Shown here in pieces: positions 4,981 to 13,002 of a DNA stretch of 13,196 nt. The notes below the pieces were generated by a model. That model worked only from the letters and a program-made list of their open reading frames with translations, did not search any database and was not told where the DNA came from. A program made the translations under genes and the position numbers. The DNA comes from a virus. Numbering within the stretch: position 1 is the stretch's first letter; each line of letters opens with the position of its first letter. The stretch is taken from positions 1 through 13,196 of the IMG/VR virus record IMGVR_UViG_3300045988_123862; one strand, written 5' to 3'.

Positions 4981-6119
4981 TGAAAGTTACACAAATTGCC
5001 ACAATTTTGAATGAAGCACAGCAGGAGATAATCGGAGAAGCCGCAATAACAACGGAAAATCTTGAAAACGTTGTTGATATGGGCAAGCAGATTTTGGAAG
5101 CTACAGACGTTGACAACTATGTTCGCAAGCTGATTGACAAAGTTGGCAGAATGATTTTTGTAGACAGGGTTTACAACTCAACAGCTCCTGATATTTTGAC
5201 GGATAGTTGGGAGTATGGCTCTGCAATGCAAAAAGTCCGCTGTGAAATGCCTGACGCAGTTGAGAATGACAGTTGGAAATTGACAAACGGTCAGAGTTAT
5301 GACCCATTCGTTTTTACAGCCCCCGACGTTCAATCAAAATTTTATGACAGTAAGGTGACATATGAAGTGCAGATGTCATTCACAGAAATGCAGGTCAAGA
5401 GTGCATTTAATTCACCGGCTGAAATGAATAGCTTTTTTGCTATGATTGAAAACAGAATACGTTTTAAGCTCACTTTGTCAAATGATATACTTAAAACACG
5501 AACTGTTAATAATCTCATAGCAGAAAAGATACACAGCAATAACAATGTTGTTAATCTTTTGACAATGTATAACACAGAGTTTACCCAGACCCTGAAAGCA
5601 GATCATGCTCTTATGGATAAAGACTTTTTGAGATATGCAATTGGCAAAATCAAGGAGTATATTAAGTACATTCAGCGTCCGTCAATGATGTTCAATGACG
5701 GCGGTTACACAACTTTTACTCCTGAAAGTGACATGAAAATGGTGCTTTTGTCAAGATTTGTAAATACTGCTGAGGTATACCTACAGAGTGACACATTCCA
5801 TAATGACCTTGTGAAACTGACTGGTTACTCAGAAGTGCCATATTGGCAGGGTAGCGGAACAGGTGAAACTTTTGATTTTGCGGAAATTTCAAAAATCGAT
5901 GTTACAACTGCAAGCGGTAACGCAGTATCTCAGACAGGTATTATCGGAACTATTTTTGACCGTGACGCGTGTATGGTATGCAATGCTAATCCGAGAGTAA
6001 CTAGCATTTACAATCCAAAGGGCGAATACTGGAACTATTTTTACAAGTATGACGCTAGCTATTTCAATGATACAATGGAAAATTGTGTTGTATTTATAGT
6101 AGCAGACGCAAAAAAGTAA
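4980..6119 (+). CDS. Major capsid protein, phi29 gp8-like
   Basis: IYNPKGEYWNYFYKY matches phi29 gp8 VRNPRGLYWNYYYHV. The N-terminal region also resembles gp8 (DKVGRMIF versus DRIGLVVI). Size and position fit. Confidence 0.88.
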   Translation: MKVTQIATILNEAQQEIIGEAAITTENLENVVDMGKQILEATDVDNYVRKLIDKVGRMIFVDRVYNSTAPDILTDSWEYGSAMQKVRCEMPDAVENDSWKLTNGQSYDPFVFTAPDVQSKFYDSKVTYEVQMSFTEMQVKSAFNSPAEMNSFFAMIENRIRFKLTLSNDILKTRTVNNLIAEKIHSNNNVVNLLTMYNTEFTQTLKADHALMDKDFLRYAIGKIKEYIKYIQRPSMMFNDGGYTTFTPESDMKMVLLSRFVNTAEVYLQSDTFHNDLVKLTGYSEVPYWQGSGTGETFDFAEISKIDVTTASGNAVSQTGIIGTIFDRDACMVCNANPRVTSIYNPKGEYWNYFYKYDASYFNDTMENCVVFIVADAKK

Positions 6120-6142
6120 CAGTATAACAAAATGATAGTTAA

Positions 6143-6172
6143 AACGTTGCAACCCTAAAAAGTTGCAACGTT
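6143..6172. other. 11-bp stem hairpin built from an extra half copy plus the first part of palindrome copy 5
   Basis: AACGTTGCAAC (6143-6153), loop CCTAAAAA, GTTGCAACGTT (6162-6172). Confidence 0.6.
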
Positions 6173-6177
6173 GCAAC
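6162..6177. promoter_or_regulatory. 16-bp palindrome, copy 5 (exact), upstream of the tail module
   Basis: Preceded by AAAAA. An extra AACGTTGCAAC half copy lies at 6143-6153. The motif ends 20 nt before ATG 6198. Confidence 0.9.
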
Positions 6178-6197
6178 TATATAGAGAGGGTGAAAAA

Positions 6198-6698
6198 ATG
6201 CCTATAATTACAAGTTATCAATGTTCGCAGGACATACGAACAATTTCAAAAACACTAACAAACGCAGTAGAATATAATTGTGAAATACTGGATATTATGA
6301 ACAGTTTCACACCCCATATAAGATTATTTTGCACATCTGAAACTTTTAATGCCAATATGGTGTATATACCATTTTTTGATAGATATTATCATATAATTTC
6401 GACGGAAATTGAAAGTGCAGAAACTATTATTTTACAATGTGAATTTGATATATTTACATATTCAGTAGCACTATTATCTAGCGAATTTTTAGTTACTAGA
6501 AATGAAAATATTGGAAGTACATATATCCCCGATACAATGTTACCATTAAAAGGTAATAAGGAAATGAAAGTAATTGAATTTACTGGGGGAGATTTTAATC
6601 TTGACAGTGCCACGGTAAATAGTTACAATTTTGTGCTAAATGTGGCAGGTGGTGGAAGTAATCAAGGAACGGCAGAAAATGGGGGTTTAAACATATGA
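6198..6698 (+). CDS. Hypothetical virion-module protein (166 aa)
   Basis: SD GAGAGGGTG lies 6 nt before ATG 6198; the track start at 6171 is a TTG inside the palindrome. ATGA couples it to the tail-knob gene. I recognise no motif. Confidence 0.6.
   Translation: MPIITSYQCSQDIRTISKTLTNAVEYNCEILDIMNSFTPHIRLFCTSETFNANMVYIPFFDRYYHIISTEIESAETIILQCEFDIFTYSVALLSSEFLVTRNENIGSTYIPDTMLPLKGNKEMKVIEFTGGDFNLDSATVNSYNFVLNVAGGGSNQGTAENGGLNI
6601..6629 (+). promoter_or_regulatory. Candidate internal sigma-A promoter ahead of the tail-knob gene
   Basis: TTGACA (6601-6606), 17-bp spacer, TACAAT (6624-6629), about 66 nt upstream of ATG 6695. It lies inside CDS 6198..6698, and in AT-rich DNA it could be a chance match. 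Confidence 0.35.
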
Positions 6699-8782
6699 AG
6701 TTAAATAAAGAAATTTATTCCAGTGACCGCAGTATATCCATAGATTTTTTAAGTGGCATTAAAACAACTCAGTCATTAGAAACTTTGGTTAATAATGGTA
6801 AATTACAACTAAACAGCCCCATTGATGAATCAATTTTTTATGCGGTTGATTTTAACCCCCCTGATGATTATTTTGTCCGCAGTGGGTATAGGAAACCAAA
6901 TCAATCGGAATTTGTAACTGGTACAAATACCCCTAGCGGTGTATGTGCTATGTTTGGACGTTTAAACACTAGAGACACATTACAAAATAGACCTGTATAC
7001 GCTAACCAGTTAACAACAACATATTATAGACTAGCATATGACAGTAATAGTAGTAGTAGGTTAGGATATTATTTCGGCACTGAGTATAAATTAAAAGATT
7101 TTCTCTTTTTGATACGAGTGATAGCTTACAAATTTGAATATTCTGAAATGGGTGACGTATCATCATTTAGCGATAGAATTGATGTTGACGTTATCACATT
7201 TGAACAAAATTACAAAAATAGTCACCACATTGTCGGTATGTATGCAGCACCGTATTATTTTAGGGCTGACCTTAATGACCGCAAATTGTGCCAAGGTTTT
7301 AATATTATCCCATTTTGTACATATTCAAAAAATTCTATGGTGGATAATTATGACGTTTACGGTGCATTATTTTTTGGCGATTATGACCAAGATCACGCAA
7401 TTTTGAATAATTTCATTTATGGGTGTGATGATTTGAATACTAACTATTTTAATAGATATGATTACTATTATGCAAATTTAGGCTATAACGATTTGTGGGA
7501 TAAAACATATTTTGCAATTAATAGTAGTGTATATACTGGATATTTGCCAGTTTTTGACTACAGTATTGAAAACATTCATAAATTATATAGCAGAATGGGA
7601 ACATATTATACATTCTCTAAAAATTTAGCCGAGCAGGAAAATTTAAACCAAAATGGTATATATTGCGGTATTATATCAGATGACGGAAAAATTACAGGGA
7701 AATATTCTGAGGGTGCAGAAAATGCAAAACAAATTCAAACAACGTGGGATACCCCTACAGATTGGCAGGATAATCCATTTAATGGTATCAGTAATACAGA
7801 CTCGAATAACTACACTGACAAAATAGATTTAAATAAACCCACACTATCAAATGTGAACGTTTTCAATCGTAGTTTTGCAGTTAATGCAAATACTGTAAAA
7901 AATTTGGCTGATTTTTTGTGGAACGCAGATGAAACGAAATTTCAAGAAATTGTAAAAGGTTTAGCGTTAATGGGTGAAAATCCTATGAATGGAATTATTG
8001 GCTTGCTTTTATTTCCATTTAATGTAGCATTGAAAAATTCTGCTACAGGGGCAGAAAATATCGTTATTGGCAGAACTGATACAGGGGTATCAGGTATCAA
8101 ATTAACAGAAAAAGTAAACAGTTTAATTGATTTAGGTGAATGTACATTTTTTACTAAATTCAAAAATTTCCTAGACTATGAACCATACACAACAGCACAA
8201 TTATATATACCATATATTGGTGTTGTACCAGTTTCAACGGCTGAATTTATGGGGCATAGAATATCGGTTAAAATGATAGTTGACTATACCACAGGTGCAG
8301 GAACTGCCATAGTATTTAAAGACGATATACCTTTTATTTACAGAAATGGTGTAGTAGGTATATCAATTCCAATGACTGGAAACGATAGTGCTAGTTATGC
8401 TAGTACAGTTATTGGAAATGTAGTCGGTGGTGCTGTTGGTGGTGTATCGTCAATCGCTAGCGGAAATGTTGGCGGTATGGTTAGCAGTGCAGAAAAATTA
8501 TACAGTGGCTTTGCAACTGGTACTAATTACCAAGAGGCTAGTGCAAGTTCTCCGTCGGTTGCAACGTGGCAACCGCAACGATGTTATTTTATAATTGACC
8601 GTCCTATTTTAAATGTACCTGATAATTATGGGCGGACGATTGGTTTTGCGTGTGAAAAAACTGGTAAACTATCAGATTTTAAAGGTTTTACAGTTGTTAG
8701 CAATCCTGAAATTAATTTCAGATGTACGGACAGTGAAAGGCAGTATATAGTAAATATGTTACAAGGCGGTGTATTTGTATGA
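6695..8782 (+). CDS. Tail knob / distal tail tube protein, phi29 gp9-like
   Basis: It is the largest structural ORF (695 aa) in the tail position. The C-terminal half has YIPYIGVVPV...ISVKMIVDYTTGAGTAIV and a long Gly/Val/Ser hydrophobic loop (GNVVGGAVGGVSSIASGNVGGMVSSA), like the membrane-active loop described for phi29 gp9. Confidence 0.6.
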   Translation: MKLNKEIYSSDRSISIDFLSGIKTTQSLETLVNNGKLQLNSPIDESIFYAVDFNPPDDYFVRSGYRKPNQSEFVTGTNTPSGVCAMFGRLNTRDTLQNRPVYANQLTTTYYRLAYDSNSSSRLGYYFGTEYKLKDFLFLIRVIAYKFEYSEMGDVSSFSDRIDVDVITFEQNYKNSHHIVGMYAAPYYFRADLNDRKLCQGFNIIPFCTYSKNSMVDNYDVYGALFFGDYDQDHAILNNFIYGCDDLNTNYFNRYDYYYANLGYNDLWDKTYFAINSSVYTGYLPVFDYSIENIHKLYSRMGTYYTFSKNLAEQENLNQNGIYCGIISDDGKITGKYSEGAENAKQIQTTWDTPTDWQDNPFNGISNTDSNNYTDKIDLNKPTLSNVNVFNRSFAVNANTVKNLADFLWNADETKFQEIVKGLALMGENPMNGIIGLLLFPFNVALKNSATGAENIVIGRTDTGVSGIKLTEKVNSLIDLGECTFFTKFKNFLDYEPYTTAQLYIPYIGVVPVSTAEFMGHRISVKMIVDYTTGAGTAIVFKDDIPFIYRNGVVGISIPMTGNDSASYASTVIGNVVGGAVGGVSSIASGNVGGMVSSAEKLYSGFATGTNYQEASASSPSVATWQPQRCYFIIDRPILNVPDNYGRTIGFACEKTGKLSDFKGFTVVSNPEINFRCTDSERQYIVNMLQGGVFV
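8558..8573. promoter_or_regulatory. 16-bp palindrome, copy 6 (1 mismatch: GTTGCAACGTgGCAAC), inside the tail-knob gene
   Basis: Encodes ..VATWQP.. and lies 221 nt upstream of the next gene start (8779). The flanking CG..CG extends the dyad. Confidence 0.8.
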
Positions 8783-9330
8783 TGAATGAACATTTTGCAA
8801 GCGGTTTAACAAATGAGCAGTTAAAGGCAGAAATTTTAAGGCAAGGACGTAAAGCAAATTTACGTCTTAGCCAATTGAAAAAAACTGGAATGTATAGTAA
8901 AAATCCTATAATTTCTAGTAAATGGAATACTTTTTTGCATGAAAACAAATTTGCTACAAAAAAGAACTTTTTCAAAACTGGTTCAAAGGGTGAAACGAGA
9001 GCAGAAATGTTAAAACACTATGTGCAGATTAGACAGTTTCTAGGGCAGAAAACAACAGTAAAAGAAACGAGAGCTATTATGTCAAAACACGCAAAACGTT
9101 TAAATATTTCTGAGGAAAATGTTGACAGAGTTTTATCAATTTTCGGCAATAGCGGAATAAGTGCAGAATTACCGAATAGTGATTTTGTACAGCAATTTAT
9201 TGCTGAAATGGTTGAAAATGGGTTTAATGATAATGAAATAAATTCATTATTGAACACCCTTGAAAGTTCGGCACAAACACAAAGTGAAATGTACGATTTA
9301 ATGCGTGAACAACTTCAAATGTTGGAATAG
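8779..9330 (+). CDS. Terminal protein candidate (183 aa)
   Basis: It lies directly upstream of the protein-primed polymerase, as gene 3 precedes gene 2 in phi29. The basic N-terminal KAEILRQGRKANLRLSQLKKTG and GETRAEMLKHYVQIRQF loosely resemble phi29 TP KAEYARLVKNTKAKIARTKKKYG and ETRAQFNKWKEQASSF (recollection). Confidence 0.45.
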   Translation: MMNEHFASGLTNEQLKAEILRQGRKANLRLSQLKKTGMYSKNPIISSKWNTFLHENKFATKKNFFKTGSKGETRAEMLKHYVQIRQFLGQKTTVKETRAIMSKHAKRLNISEENVDRVLSIFGNSGISAELPNSDFVQQFIAEMVENGFNDNEINSLLNTLESSAQTQSEMYDLMREQLQMLE

Positions 9331-9345
9331 TTGCAACGTTGCAAC
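9330..9345. promoter_or_regulatory. 16-bp palindrome, copy 7 (exact), between the TP candidate and the polymerase
   Basis: Overlaps the last base of stop TAG 9328-9330. Flanks extend it to the 22-bp palindrome ATAGTTGCAACGTTGCAACTAT (9327-9348). It ends 23 nt before TTG 9369. Confidence 0.9.
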
Positions 9346-9368
9346 TATTCTTTAAAGGGGTGTAATAG

Positions 9369-11507
9369 TTGATAAATGTAAATGATTTTGATTTTGATAT
9401 TCTAAAAAATAGTAATTTACAAACTGTTACAACTAGAAATCGCGATAATCAATATATAGAATATTATAACGCACCTTTTGCATTTGATATTGAAACTAGT
9501 TCATTTTATGACGGTGAAAATAAACGTGCGTGTATGTATATTTTTATGTTTGCATTAAATGGTAATTATGTATACGGTAGGACATGGGAAGATTTTGATT
9601 TTACATTGAATAAGTTAAGAGAAGTATTACAATTAAATGAATACAGAAGAATTATAATATATATTCATAATTTAGGATATGAGTTTCAGTTTCTAATCGG
9701 TCATGAACGGTTCAAAGATGTTTTTGCTAGAAATGCACGTCACCCTATTAAATGTACTATGAATGATTGTTTTGACCTGAAATGTAGTTTAATGCTAAGT
9801 GGTATGAGCCTAGCAAAGACGGCCGAGGACTTGACAAGCGTAAAAATACAAAAATTAACAGGTGACCTCGATTATAAACTTTTACGAACATGGAAGACAC
9901 CTTTAACAAAAGAAGAATTTGGATATTGTGAACATGATGTTAAAATATTACATTATTTTATACTTGAAGAAATGGCAAAAAATGATAATGATATAACAAA
10001 AATACCATTAACTAAAACAGGATATGTAAGAAAATATTGCCAAAACTACATTAAGAAACATACATATTATCCAAAATATAGAGAAAAAATTAAGAAGATA
10101 GCCCCAGTTAATAAAGACTTGTTTTGCCTATTACACAAAAGTTTCATGGGTGGGTATACTCATGCTAACTATATGTATGTGGGAATGGTATTAGAAAATG
10201 TTGCCAGTATTGACTTTACAAGTTCTTATCCGTCCGTTATGATTAGAAAGAAGTATCCAATGCAACCATTTACAAAAGTTCACATAAAAAATTTAACAGA
10301 TTTTAGATATTGTATTAAAAATTATCCATGTGCTTTTGAAGTGGAATTAACTAACGTTGTTGCTAAAAAATGTAATCATATTTTATCACGTTCAAAATGT
10401 TCCGTTTGTGATAATGCAATAGTTGATAATGGGCGAATTGTATCGGCAGATAGAATATTTACATATTTTACAGATATTGACTTTAAAGATTTTGAAGAAT
10501 TTTATTCTTATGAGCATTTATCAATTGGTAAATTTTACACGTCAAGTTATGGATATTTACCAAAACAAATTATTGAATGTGCGTTAAAATTTTACAACGA
10601 TAAGACCACGTTGAAAGGTGTTGCAGGAAAAGAAGTTGAGTATTTAGTCGGTAAAGGTATGCTGAATAGTTTGTTTGGAATGTGCGTGACAAACCCAGTA
10701 AACGATGATATTGTTTTTGACGGAAAAGAATGGAATACGGAGAAGAAAGATATTTCAGAAGCATTACAAGAAAATTACATAAAGAACAAAAAACAGGTAT
10801 TAGTATATCAGTGGGGAGTGTGGATTACTGCATGGGCTAGGCACGAACTTTTCAAGGGTATATTAGAAATTAATGAAGATGTTATTTATTGTGATACAGA
10901 TAGTATAAAATTTTTAAACTATGAAAATTATGAAAACTGGATAAATGAATATAACAAAAATTGTATTAACGAGATTAACAAAGCGTTGACATACTATGAA
11001 ATTGATTTGAATTTAGCAAAACCTAAAACAATTAAAGGCATTAAAAAGCCCCTAGGTGTATGGGATTTTGAGGGAATTTATAAAAAATTTAAAACACTAG
11101 GTGCTAAAAGATATGCTTATGAAGAAAATGAAAAATTTAATATTACAGTGTCAGGATTAAATAAAAAACGTGCTGTGCCGTATATAGTTGCAACGTTGCA
11201 ACCGTTTGAATTTTTTGACAATGAAATGTATATCCCGAAAGAGTATACAGGTAAAAATACATTAACATATATTAACGAACCATACAAAATTATGGTAAAA
11301 GACTACCAAGGAAATTATGCAGAAGTGGAAGAAAATACCTATATCCATATGGAGGAGCAGGACTATAATATGTCATTATCTGAACAATTCATACATTATT
11401 TAATGTGTGGCACAAATTTTGGTAGCGGAGCAAAAGAGCATACATTATTTGAAAAAAGCCAAGAATTGGCTACAAATTTCTGGGAGTGTGATTACAATGA
11501 AAAATGA
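9369..11507 (+). CDS. Protein-primed family-B DNA polymerase, phi29 gp2-like
   Basis: TTG 9369 lies 6 nt after GGGGTG. Motifs present: ExoI FDIETS, ExoII HNLGYEFQF, ExoIII YCEHDVKIL, motif A DFTSSYPSVM, motif B KGMLNSLFGM, motif C YCDTDSIKF, and KxY LGAKRYAY. Confidence 0.95.
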   Translation: MINVNDFDFDILKNSNLQTVTTRNRDNQYIEYYNAPFAFDIETSSFYDGENKRACMYIFMFALNGNYVYGRTWEDFDFTLNKLREVLQLNEYRRIIIYIHNLGYEFQFLIGHERFKDVFARNARHPIKCTMNDCFDLKCSLMLSGMSLAKTAEDLTSVKIQKLTGDLDYKLLRTWKTPLTKEEFGYCEHDVKILHYFILEEMAKNDNDITKIPLTKTGYVRKYCQNYIKKHTYYPKYREKIKKIAPVNKDLFCLLHKSFMGGYTHANYMYVGMVLENVASIDFTSSYPSVMIRKKYPMQPFTKVHIKNLTDFRYCIKNYPCAFEVELTNVVAKKCNHILSRSKCSVCDNAIVDNGRIVSADRIFTYFTDIDFKDFEEFYSYEHLSIGKFYTSSYGYLPKQIIECALKFYNDKTTLKGVAGKEVEYLVGKGMLNSLFGMCVTNPVNDDIVFDGKEWNTEKKDISEALQENYIKNKKQVLVYQWGVWITAWARHELFKGILEINEDVIYCDTDSIKFLNYENYENWINEYNKNCINEINKALTYYEIDLNLAKPKTIKGIKKPLGVWDFEGIYKKFKTLGAKRYAYEENEKFNITVSGLNKKRAVPYIVATLQPFEFFDNEMYIPKEYTGKNTLTYINEPYKIMVKDYQGNYAEVEENTYIHMEEQDYNMSLSEQFIHYLMCGTNFGSGAKEHTLFEKSQELATNFWECDYNEK
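11187..11202. promoter_or_regulatory. 16-bp palindrome, copy 8 (exact), inside the DNA polymerase gene
   Basis: Encodes ..VATLQP.. and lies 310 nt upstream of the ATPase start (11497). Confidence 0.9.
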
Positions 11508-12588
11508 ATACTATTCATTAAAAAAGATTAATAAGTTAAATGCCCTATACAATTTGATTATAGGGCAGAGGTCAAACGGAAAAACATACTCAGTGTGCAA
11601 ACAGGAAATAGAAGGCTACTTCAAAGAAAATTTTCGACTTGCATACATAAGAAGATACGATGAGGAAATAATGCCTAAGAATATACAGAATTTGTTTAAA
11701 CCACATTCAGCACTAATTGAAAAATTATCTAATGGTCAGTTTAACAGCACCACATATAAAAATAGGGAATTTTATTTATATAATAAAGATACTGAGGAAA
11801 AAAGCGAACAAAGTTTTTGCAAGTGTTTTTCGCTGAACGCCTGGGAGCGTACAAAAGGTGCAGACAATGGATATTTTAAATATATACTATTTGATGAATT
11901 TATGACACGTTCTTTTTACCTTAATAATGAATTTGTTACATTTACTCAATTACTATCATCTATCATTCGTGACAGGGATAACACAATTATTTATATGATA
12001 GCAAATACTGTCAATCAATACTGCCCTTACTTTGCCGAAATGGGCTTGGGTAAAATTTCAGATATTAAACAGGGTGACTTGAAATTATTTACATATGGTG
12101 ATAGTGAATTAACTCTCGCTTTGGAATATTCAGATAGTAGGGGTCAGACTGGAAAAGTTAGTAAATATTTTGCTTTTGATAATCCACAATTGAAAATGAT
12201 TACCACAGGGCAGTGGGAAATTAAAAATTACCCCCACGCACCGTTTAAAATCAAAAAGGAAAATATTGTATATAGGGCATATATATTCTTTGACAATGAT
12301 GTTATTGCTTGCAATATTATTCATTATGAAAATACTGTATTTCTATTTTTTAATATTCAGACAAAGACGGAAAACCTCGAATTAAAAAAGAGGGTTGTAT
12401 ACAGTTTTGAAACTGATACAAACCCCCTGCACGTCCAATCACTGGCAGAACAGCCAACAGACGTACATAAACTTATTAATAATTTAATAACATTTAATCG
12501 TGTATTCTATGCAGATAATTCAGTAGGTGAAATTGTTAGAAACTGGATAAATGCACAAAGCAAGCACTCTATAAGTTTAAGAACATAA
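11497..12588 (+). CDS. DNA packaging (encapsidation) ATPase, phi29 gp16-like
   Basis: ATG 11497 overlaps the polymerase stop by 11 nt. LYNLIIGQRSNGKTYS matches gp16 ILNFVIGARGIGKSYA (Walker A), LAYIRRY matches FIYVRRY, and ILFDEF matches IVFDEF (Walker B). Confidence 0.9.
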   Translation: MKNEYYSLKKINKLNALYNLIIGQRSNGKTYSVCKQEIEGYFKENFRLAYIRRYDEEIMPKNIQNLFKPHSALIEKLSNGQFNSTTYKNREFYLYNKDTEEKSEQSFCKCFSLNAWERTKGADNGYFKYILFDEFMTRSFYLNNEFVTFTQLLSSIIRDRDNTIIYMIANTVNQYCPYFAEMGLGKISDIKQGDLKLFTYGDSELTLALEYSDSRGQTGKVSKYFAFDNPQLKMITTGQWEIKNYPHAPFKIKKENIVYRAYIFFDNDVIACNIIHYENTVFLFFNIQTKTENLELKKRVVYSFETDTNPLHVQSLAEQPTDVHKLINNLITFNRVFYADNSVGEIVRNWINAQSKHSISLRT

Positions 12589-12592
12589 AAAT

Positions 12593-12627
12593 AACCCCAC
12601 GAAATTAATCGTGGGGTTTGTTTTTTG
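12593..12627. terminator. Bidirectional rho-independent terminator between the convergent genes
   Basis: AACCCCACGA (12593-12602), loop AATTAA, TCGTGGGGTT (12609-12618), then TTTGTTTTTTG. On the minus strand the hairpin is followed by ATTTTTAT. Confidence 0.85.
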
Positions 12628-12912
12628 TTATATCACATAATCTCTTAACACTGCCTGAATGTTTGTCATTGTAGGTTTTACATATTCCTCATCATAAACG
12701 TCACACAATAAATCACTTATGTTTTCATATCTGAGATAACCGTTAGGGGTTTTTTCCTGATTTTCCCAGAACCACTCAACAGAAGCACACGCAACCGTAT
12801 TTGTTATAGTGTCAAATATAATCATTACAATTGGTCCATGTGATTTAGTTGCACTATTATATCTACCTACTGCCTTTTTAATTCCTTTAACCTCTGTACC
12901 ATTAATTTTCAT
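12628..12912 (-). CDS. Hypothetical 94-aa protein; the only minus-strand gene, driven by the right ITR promoters
   Basis: ATG 12912 lies 8 nt after the ITR-borne SD AAAGGA. The ORF ends at the bidirectional terminator. I recognise no motif; the C-terminal half is acidic. Confidence 0.75.
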   Translation of the reverse strand: MKINGTEVKGIKKAVGRYNSATKSHGPIVMIIFDTITNTVACASVEWFWENQEKTPNGYLRYENISDLLCDVYDEEYVKPTMTNIQAVLRDYVI

Positions 12913-12928
12913 TTCAATCGTCCTTTCT

Positions 12929-12944
12929 GTTGCAACGTTGCAAC
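12929..12944. promoter_or_regulatory. 16-bp palindrome, copy 9 (exact), in the right ITR leader
   Basis: Mirror of copy 1. It lies 16 nt from the ATG (12912) of the minus-strand gene. Confidence 0.9.
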
Positions 12945-13002
12945 TTTAAAAATTTTATTTGTTAAGGTTTCTTTTCTTGTCCTCTCCCTTAACTCTATAT
13001 AT

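Noticed and set aside
254-6197. N-terminal extensions in the ORF track that begin at a TTG inside the palindrome (starts 254, 3018, 6171, giving MQRCNRK.., MPRCNRLK.., MQLYRE..).
   Set aside because: They are artefacts of TTG within GTTGCAAC. In each case a strong SD (AAAGGA, GGGGTG, GAGGGTG) lies downstream of that TTG and directly in front of a better start (284, 3054, 6198).
1179-11496. Other upstream alternative starts in the track: GTG 1179, GTG 2551 and GTG 11407.
   Set aside because: None has an SD, and each overlaps the preceding gene or non-coding AT-rich DNA. ATG 1194, ATG 2647 (SD AAAGAGG) and ATG 11497 fit coupling and homology better.
592-12324. ORF-track entries embedded in or antisense to well-supported genes: 592..912(-), 638..835(-), 955..1245(-), 1871..2068(-), 2903..3106(-), 4112..4324(-), 4284..4553(-), 4895..5116(-), 5101..5307(-), 5342..5575(-), 5889..6176(-), 6389..6613(-), 7134..7406(+), 7942..8163(-), 8718..8975(-), 9018..9257(-), 10570..10764(-), 12130..12324(-).
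   Set aside because: All lie inside or opposite CDSs with clear homology motifs or coupled starts. They lack Shine-Dalgarno sequences and have low-complexity or hydrophobic compositions typical of antisense frames in AT-rich DNA.
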